DNA of 63,448 nucleotides, the filler included, from Hyphochytrium catenoides (Eukaryota > Protista > Hyphochytriomycota), in assembly GCA_900088475.1 (NCBI GenBank). It is 12 parts of 12 records of this genome, joined end to end, with 100 filler letters (N's around TTAATTAATTAA, not from the genome) between each part and the next. Parts side by side here need not be neighbours in the genome. Positions count along the whole stretch, not along the records: positions 53,210 to 56,627 come from FLMG01000129.1; positions 56,728 to 58,798 come from FLMG01002383.1; positions 58,899 to 61,274 come from FLMG01001311.1; positions 61,375 to 63,448 come from FLMG01000157.1; 8 more parts are not named here. One strand, given 5' to 3'. Position numbers and translations under genes: made by a program. Below are positions 56,339 to 63,448 of this stretch, one piece after another. The notes below the pieces were generated by a model. That model made no database searches. It was not told where the DNA came from and saw only the letters and a program-made list of their open reading frames with translations. The first letter of the stretch is position 1; each line of letters begins with the position of its first letter.

Positions 56339-58898
56339 TTCCCCAAGAGAAGAAGAAGAAGATGAGGTGGCAGACAGGGCAGACAGCTACTGCTGTCTTA
56401 TTAGGAGGGAGAAGGAAGAGACGCTGCAGCACGACGTCTTGCTCTCTCATCCTGCTCGTCTTCATCTCTCTCTTCTCTTCTGTCTTCCGCATGGGGAGCC
56501 GCCACGCCGCCGAAGCTGCGACACCGCTAAGACGACAGCCTTCTCTCCTCGGAAAGGCAGAGGCTGCTGTGGCTCCACCTTCGCATCCCATCATCAGCAA
56601 GAAAGTCGCCCGTGGTCTTAGCCGTTCNNNNNNNNNNNNNNNNNNNNNNNNNNNNNNNNNNNNNNNNNNNNTTAATTAATTAANNNNNNNNNNNNNNNNN
56701 NNNNNNNNNNNNNNNNNNNNNNNNNNNCTCTCTCTCTCTCTTTCCCCCTTCTCTCCCTCTCCCTTGTTCTTTTCTTGTTTCTTTCTCTCCTGTTCTCTCC
56801 TTTCTGCCTCGCTCCATCTTGATCGTTCCATCCGGCCGTTTGAAGAATGTGTACCATGTTGTCCGCCTACGTTCCGAATGACGAATATTATATTTCTGAT
56901 AGTTGACTTTTCTAAACCTCCTCCCTCTTTTGTTTTTTCGTGTTCATTTTATGTTCGGGTTGTAGTGCATACTCTCGTAAGAGTAGTGCTTATTTTCCCG
57001 GATGTCTCGTTGCTCTTCCTTTTTGCTCGTCCTTATATTCGTGAAGTAGCACATACTTTGGTAAAGCTGGTACTTATTTTCCGTTTCTTCTTGGCCTTCA
57101 AAACGGTACTGTACGAGTAGTAGTTCTACAACAGGACTTAAAGATGTGGTTGCGCTTCAAGCACGTTATATTCGAATGCTGACCAGAATGAATAGTTGAC
57201 TCCTCTCTTCCTCTATGTTTGGGCGTCTTCTGCCGCCTCAAGAGCATCTCCACCGGGAGTCTCTAAATGAATCTCTATTGCCGCGCTGAAAGCTCTGGCG
57301 ATGCTTTGGCATCTGCTAGCTGCAGGCTGTTGATGAACGTCCCCTCCTGCCTGCCCCATTCCAGGCAGGGTGAGTGGTGGTAGTAGTAGTAGTAGTGGTA
57401 TGGGAGGTAAGGATCACGACCAACAAGAAGGTTGTTGTTGTCCCCGGATCCCAGTTGGGCTGATGACGTCGTGCGTACGTGGTAGAGCATTGCAAGGAAC
57501 CTTGTAATCAGAAGCATGGCTGTTGAGGAACATGCAGCTGACGAACTGAGATTCTTGTCACAATATCATCCGGTTTTAATGAAAGGGCTAGCGAACAATA
57601 AAATGAGCTTGATGAGGCCCTGTTCTGCCTAGAACGCCCGGATGTGAAAGGAGAAGGCGCGCAAGGCGCTGCCTTTCAGCATTTCAGATACTCGAGAAGC
57701 GATCTGATTGGTCAACGACTGGGATTCCCGTTAGGGGCTCTATAGCGATAGAGTTGCTCCACCGGCAATGGAGTCATGTCCTTCTTTCTTATATAGTAGA
57801 AAGTTCTGTCTTTCGCCCTAAAAAGCAATTTTTGCTGCTGAAACAGAGACAAACTTAGTACAAGATAAACTCAGATCACTCAAGGCCAAACCCATTGCAT
57901 TTGTTTCACAAAGTTCTAGTGTTCAAAATCACACTAAAATGAAAACCCATAACTGCCTGCAATAGAGACTGAGAGCCGTAAACCGATAAAGACGGTCTCT
58001 ATTCAGGTAAAAAATAGAGACTCCGCTGCTGCTGCATGCTGCTGATAGACGAGGAAGACAGGAAGGGGCATTCCCCTGACTAGCGAGCCAGAGTTAGTAG
58101 AAGTCAGACAGACAAATACCAAGGTACCATAACCTCAGTTTTCGCTATATATGCTGCTAGACAGAGCAAAGAGAGATACAATAAAGCGATAGAGATATCG
58201 ATAGAGACCCCCGGTAGGAGATGCTCTCCTCTCATCACAACGGTAGCTGTCAAACGCCGCGAAGTGCATTTTTACTTGCTTTCTTCTTCTTCTTTCTTCT
58301 TCTTCTTCTTCTTTGCGTCGTTTGATGATGATCGATCATCATCAGACAACAAGGAGATGTCTTTCTGTTGGGCCGCCCGCCGTGTGATTGTATTGAGATG
58401 ATGGTTCTCTTCTTCCTCATTTCCTCGCCGCAGTGTTGTTACCCTTCACAACCTCAATCATGGCTGGGCCGGCCTAGGAGAACGCTTCAGTCTCAACCCT
58501 AGCTTTGTAGAAGTTGAAGACTTCTGACAGATTTTTTTTTCAATGGCTACTGGGGCAGACCTAAAACCGTTCCGGAGGACCTCATCGCTAGAGGAACAAC
58601 AAAGAGAGAGGCACCTCGGATGGCCTGAATATTGAAGACAATGCGTTAGTTAGGAGAGACTCTTCTCTTGCTGGTCTTATAGCCAGGAAGAGAAGAGTGA
58701 TTGATGATAGGCCGTGGTGCCTGTCTTTTTCTTCCTCTTCTCCTTTTTTTCGGGGCGCTTTCCAGTCTTCAATATTCTCTTTCTCTCTCTCTCTCTCTNN
58801 NNNNNNNNNNNNNNNNNNNNNNNNNNNNNNNNNNNNNNNNNNTTAATTAATTAANNNNNNNNNNNNNNNNNNNNNNNNNNNNNNNNNNNNNNNNNNNN

Positions 58899-61258
58899 TC
58901 GCTTGGATAGTTCGCTTCAAGTGCTGCTTAGCCAGCACTCGTAAAGCAGACCTACACAATTCATATAAAGACCACAGTTATTCTAGAGGTGATGGACGTA
59001 TAAAGGGTGGCGTGCAGGACGGAGAATGGTGAGCAGATCAGATGTGAGAGAAGAAAAGAAAGTGAATGAGAGGCGTCAGGGCAGCTAAGTAAGTCCCACA
59101 AAAGAAAACTGACCTGAAAGGCGCTCCGTTTGGATGTGGGAAGATCAGAGAGGTATCAATGTTCCGCTTGTGGATTAGCCCTAGGGCATGCAGATCATTC
59201 TCCAGACTATGACCCAGAAGGATAGTCTCTTGAAAGATAAGACGCTGCAGATCAGTCTGCACCTGTACCAGATCCACATTATGACATACCGATGTTGGTA
59301 CGAAGTGGAGGAGGAATATGAAGTACTTTAATGCGTGCAAATCACCCTTTAGAACAGCTGATACATCATCACTGAACAGACCGTAGAACAACTAGCTAGC
59401 ACAGGATGACCGGCTGTCCGCTAGATGGGAGCTGCTTTGTTACCTGTTCCAAAGTGTATTCACACTGCTCCATTATGTCCGCTGTGATGCCAGAGTAGGG
59501 TGTTAGATAATCAATTATCGGGTTCTTCGGCCGGACAAACTTGTCATAAATCACCTTCCGAGGTTTAAGACAAAGAAAAATCTGTTAGCGCGTTGTTCGT
59601 GAGAGGACATGACGTTAGAGAGTGTGCTTCTCAAGAGCGGTGGAAGCAAGAAGCGGAATGGGAATGGCTAATAACCGCTAAGTAGTACAAGTCAGGAAGG
59701 ATGCGGCTATATCAAAGTGTGACATGTCAGCAATTTGTCAGCACTTGTCTGTGCACCCATCGGGGGAAAGCAGACAGTGAGGAAGATAGGTTCAACACTC
59801 TTACTTTGAGGTTCATATCCACAAGAGTGACCCTGGTCAATTCTGAGCCTGCCTGTGTACGGCACATCTCACAGTCCAGAGCTAACAATTCCTGTGCCTT
59901 AGGAAGAGGAACGCCCAGCCGTATTGGCTGGCTCACGATGTAGCGAGGTTCCTCAAACCGCGTTTGATCTAGGATAGCTGCGACAGTATCGATGAACATG
60001 TTTACAAAGCCAGACAAGATTGGTAAGACGGCTGAAGAGACATCGAGCGTTGACGGCGCTGGTGTCAATGTGAGTGGGAGTACTATTGGCGGCGCAAGAA
60101 TTTACCTTCGGAGGATCGGAGAGGCGACAGGCTGTAAGCGTCCCCTCTTAGAGGAAAGTTTGCTTCTTCCATCTCCTCCTCAGTCATGACAAGGAGCTCA
60201 GCCGAGAATTGCGCAGATTCTGCAATAGGGCGATTTAGGGACTAAACGTCTGATCTGAGATTCTGGCTAATGCATTGACATTCTAACAAACCTTCTCGAT
60301 CTCCATCATTCGCCTCTGATCCTTCCACACTTGTCGAAGAGGACGAAGCCTTATTTTTCCTTGACCTGGCTGTTGCCGACGCTGGAAGGTCAGGATGAAG
60401 CAGCTCTTTCAGTGGGTTTTGCACAGAATCCCCTTTGCCAAGTTTGCAGGCGAAAACAAGCGCTTCAGTACGCTCTTTGAGAAGAAGCGGTGGGGAAAGA
60501 AGAGAGATGAATAAGTGAAGGCAGCGGAGCGACAACGACCGCGGCGTCAGTACGGAGAACTAATTCAGTGGCCAAACCAGGGAGAGCTGTATGCTTAGGG
60601 GCATAGCAGTACGCTAAGAAGACCTTCGCGTGCCCAAACCAGTTGCAGAACGTGGGAATAGGAAGAATGAGGTTGGAACCCAAGAAGGAGTTAATGCTTA
60701 ACTAGTCCTTCTCACCCTTGCAGTCATTTTCTTCCTGAGAAGTCTCTTTCACCTGGGGCGACAGCAGGCCAGCGGGTACGTTCTCAACGACTAGAAGTAG
60801 CACCTGATGGATTAGCGGCCGATTCTTAACGTCAAGCCAGCGCGGGCAGGAAGTCGTCCGATCCTCAGGAGGTGCCAGCGCCCATAGGATCAGCTGTGCC
60901 ACGTCCTAAGACAGTCCAAGGTCATTTCCTGCTACCCTTGGGTTATCGGATTCTATAAGTTTCCCTCATCAGTCTCTCGTCTATGGTGCTACGCTCTGCT
61001 CTAAGCGCTCTTTCCCATGCCGCCACTTAGCACACAGACCTTCAGCTCGAGGGGTGGAGTCTTTGCCTTGAGGTACTCAGAACTTAGGCTAACTGACGGA
61101 GCTGCCTGCGTTGCAAGTTGACAGCACCGGGTGTCACGTATAGCAGGAGGATGTTGGATGGAGTTGAGGTGCAAGCATATTGAAAAAGAAGTCTGGCACA
61201 GGGATGGCACCAGCTCCTGGACAATCACAAAGGAGATGGCAGAGAGAGGAAGACCCAT
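58899..61258 (-). CDS. DEDDh RNA exonuclease (REX1/REXO1/REXO5 family), multi-exon, 3' end truncated; 5' start uncertain
   Basis: LALDCEMCRT...ELTRVTLVD | VIYDKFVRPKNPIIDYLTPYSGIT | ILLGHSLENDLHALGLIHKRNIDTSLIF | SALRVLAKQHL; N-terminal DVAQLILWAL...WLDVKN exon. Confidence 0.9.
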
Positions 61259-61374
61259 AACAGAACAAGAGCAGNNNNNNNNNNNNNNNNNNNNNNNNNN
61301 NNNNNNNNNNNNNNNNNNTTAATTAATTAANNNNNNNNNNNNNNNNNNNNNNNNNNNNNNNNNNNNNNNNNNNN

Positions 61375-61650
61375 CTCATACACTGTCGTCGCGCTATCAT
61401 TCTCTAGCTTGCCAAAGGATTTCTGCATCATCATCCGCGGGACGACGTGGTGCTCATAAGACAGAGCGTTGGCCAGCTTCAGCATGACGGCAGTGTCTGA
61501 GACAACAATCTCATGGTAGGTTTTGTCTACGTCGAGAGAGAGAGAGTTGAGCAGCACCTCTTTGACGGGAGACATGACGTTCCAGATCGTCGTGGCCATC
61601 GTGACGCCGATGAGGAGCCACCATCGCAGGTACAGCATCTTCTTCGTCAT
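61375..61650 (-). CDS. 5' fragment of a hypothetical membrane protein (runs into contig end)
   Basis: ATG ORF with hydrophobic WWLLIGVTMATTIW and GC3-rich codons in otherwise AG-repeat sequence. Confidence 0.45.
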
Positions 61651-61676
61651 CGTTTCCTTCTACAGGCTCGCAGAAG

Positions 61677-61754
<78 letters not shown>

Positions 61755-62596
61755 TACCGAAAAGAAGAAGAGACAAACAGACTGAGTGAGTCTCCGACTG
61801 ATGTTGAGAATAGGGTAATGAGCGAGTCAGAGATGATTTGTCTCGAAGGAAGAAAAGAGAGACTTGATAGTAGAGCTCAAGATGCTTTCTCTCTCAACTC
61901 CAAGCAAACTTCGGCGCTGTTGCTGTTCCTTTATAGTATGAAGAAGAGAAGGGAAGAAGAGAGAAAGAGAGAGAGAGAGGGGGAGTTTGAGCTGTGCATT
62001 ATCTAGTTCTCCTTATAAGAAACAGGCCGTCATAATCTGATGCCTAGGGTTACGATCAACCATTGGCTCCTTGTCCTTCTCTCCTTTTTCCCTCAATCTC
62101 TCTCTCTTTTCTCTTCTCTCTTCGTCTCGCTCCCTGTTTCTCCGTGTTAGGTCACGATGTCCCTTGCTCGACTTCTCTCTTTTCTTCTCTNNNNNNNNNN
62201 NNNNNNNNNNNNNNNNNNNNNNNNNNNNNNNNNNNNNNNNNNNNNNNNNNNNNNNNNNNNNNNNNNNNNNNNNNNNNNNNNNNNNNNNNNNNNNNNNNNN
62301 NNNNCAGGGAGGTTCTCACTTCCACCTCAAGCCTATGTCAAAAGGATCCCAGCAGACACAATCGGTAACGAAGCAAGAACAAGAGAGAAAGAAGGAGGGA
62401 AAGAGAGAAAGAAAGAAAGAAAGAAAGTAACAGCTAGGGAGGCACGCGCCTGACAGAGAGGCAAAATTGGGAGGAACGGAAAAACGTCATCTTCGCTAGG
62501 AAAGTGTCCTTCCCCTGGACGAAGAGAGCCAGGGTCTTAACCTTGAACTCGATGGGGATGAGGGAGAGACAGAGAAGAGAGAGAGAGAGAGAAGAC

Positions 62597-62632
<36 letters not shown>

Positions 62633-63448
62633 CGAGAAGAGAGAGAGAGAGAATCTGCCACGTATTCTTTCTCTTGATGGGCTCGAGAAGAGGTTATTAT
62701 CAAGGAGTTCACCAACTGCCATCCCAGTCGGAGCTTCTCTTAGATATAAAGTATCAAGAGCAAAAGAGAGCCACGATGGGAGAGAGAGAGATGTGCAGTG
62801 TCGTCGAATAACCGCCGCAATTTTTATCCTCTCTCTCCATCCTCTTTAAATGAAAGTAGCATTCTGTCTCAGGGAGACAATTCAAAGGCTAATGTGTAAA
62901 CAGGACTGGCATCGAGAGAGAGAGAGAGCTATCAACGAAAGAGAGAGAGAGGGAGAAAGAGAGAGAGAGAGAGAGGGCAATCAGAGAGAGATCGAGAGAG
63001 AGGAGAGAGAGAAGTCCGAAGAAAGTAGGAACACTGAGACTGATGCACGAAGGGACGGAGGATTATCTTCCTAGAACTCGTCAGGACCAGCGAGATACGC
63101 TCTCTCGCCCACCATCACTGACGCTTCTCTCTCTCTGTCTCTGTCTCCATCTCCGTCTCCGTCTCTCGCTCGCTCGCTCTCTCTTTTTCTTTCTCTCTCT
63201 CTCGCTCTCCCTCTCTCTCTCTCTTCCTCTCTCTCTCCTCAGAGCCTCCTTTTGCAAGTAAACGCTTCTGGAGTGGACTACTGATTCGGAATAGCTAACC
63301 CTTTATTCTTGCCAATGGAGGTTAAAGAAGTCTTATTCCGGATAGTATATATGTGATGGGAAAAGTGTAACGACTTCCTTTGGCGGTTTTGGTTGCGTTA
63401 TTTTCGGTTGGTTCTGGGATGTGCTTCGCTCTCTCTCTCTCTCTCTCT

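Noticed and set aside
10473-61330. Recurring palindromic TTAATTAATTAA
   Set aside because: Always embedded in N runs; an artificial scaffold linker, not a biological repeat.

Overview
Eukaryotic (protist-like) draft-assembly sequence. The window is 12 separate contigs joined by 11 artificial N-TTAATTAATTAA-N linkers, so adjacency across linkers means nothing. Host contigs carry genes with (CT)n/(AG)n-filled introns: a 7TM-RGS protein, TatD, MSH2, a REXO1/REXO5-type exonuclease and a RING-like/ubiquitin-like/GATase-like gene. They also hold two pairs of intronless membrane-protein paralogues and decayed copia and hAT transposons. The outlier is contig 17578-35869, where ~17.8-30 kb is a gene-dense, intronless, microsatellite-free island resembling a decaying endogenous giant-virus (NCLDV-like) insertion on the same contig as a host-type PI4K gene. 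Its centrepiece is one ~5.9-kb gene (19968-25865, minus) broken by three frameshifts and one in-frame stop. Reconstructed, it encodes about nine ricin-type beta-trefoils, a MABP-like beta-prism, a poxvirus A16/G9/J5-like entry-fusion Cys domain with a bulb-type mannose lectin inserted into it, a Thr/Pro stalk and a membrane anchor. All family assignments come from motif recognition by eye, not database searches.
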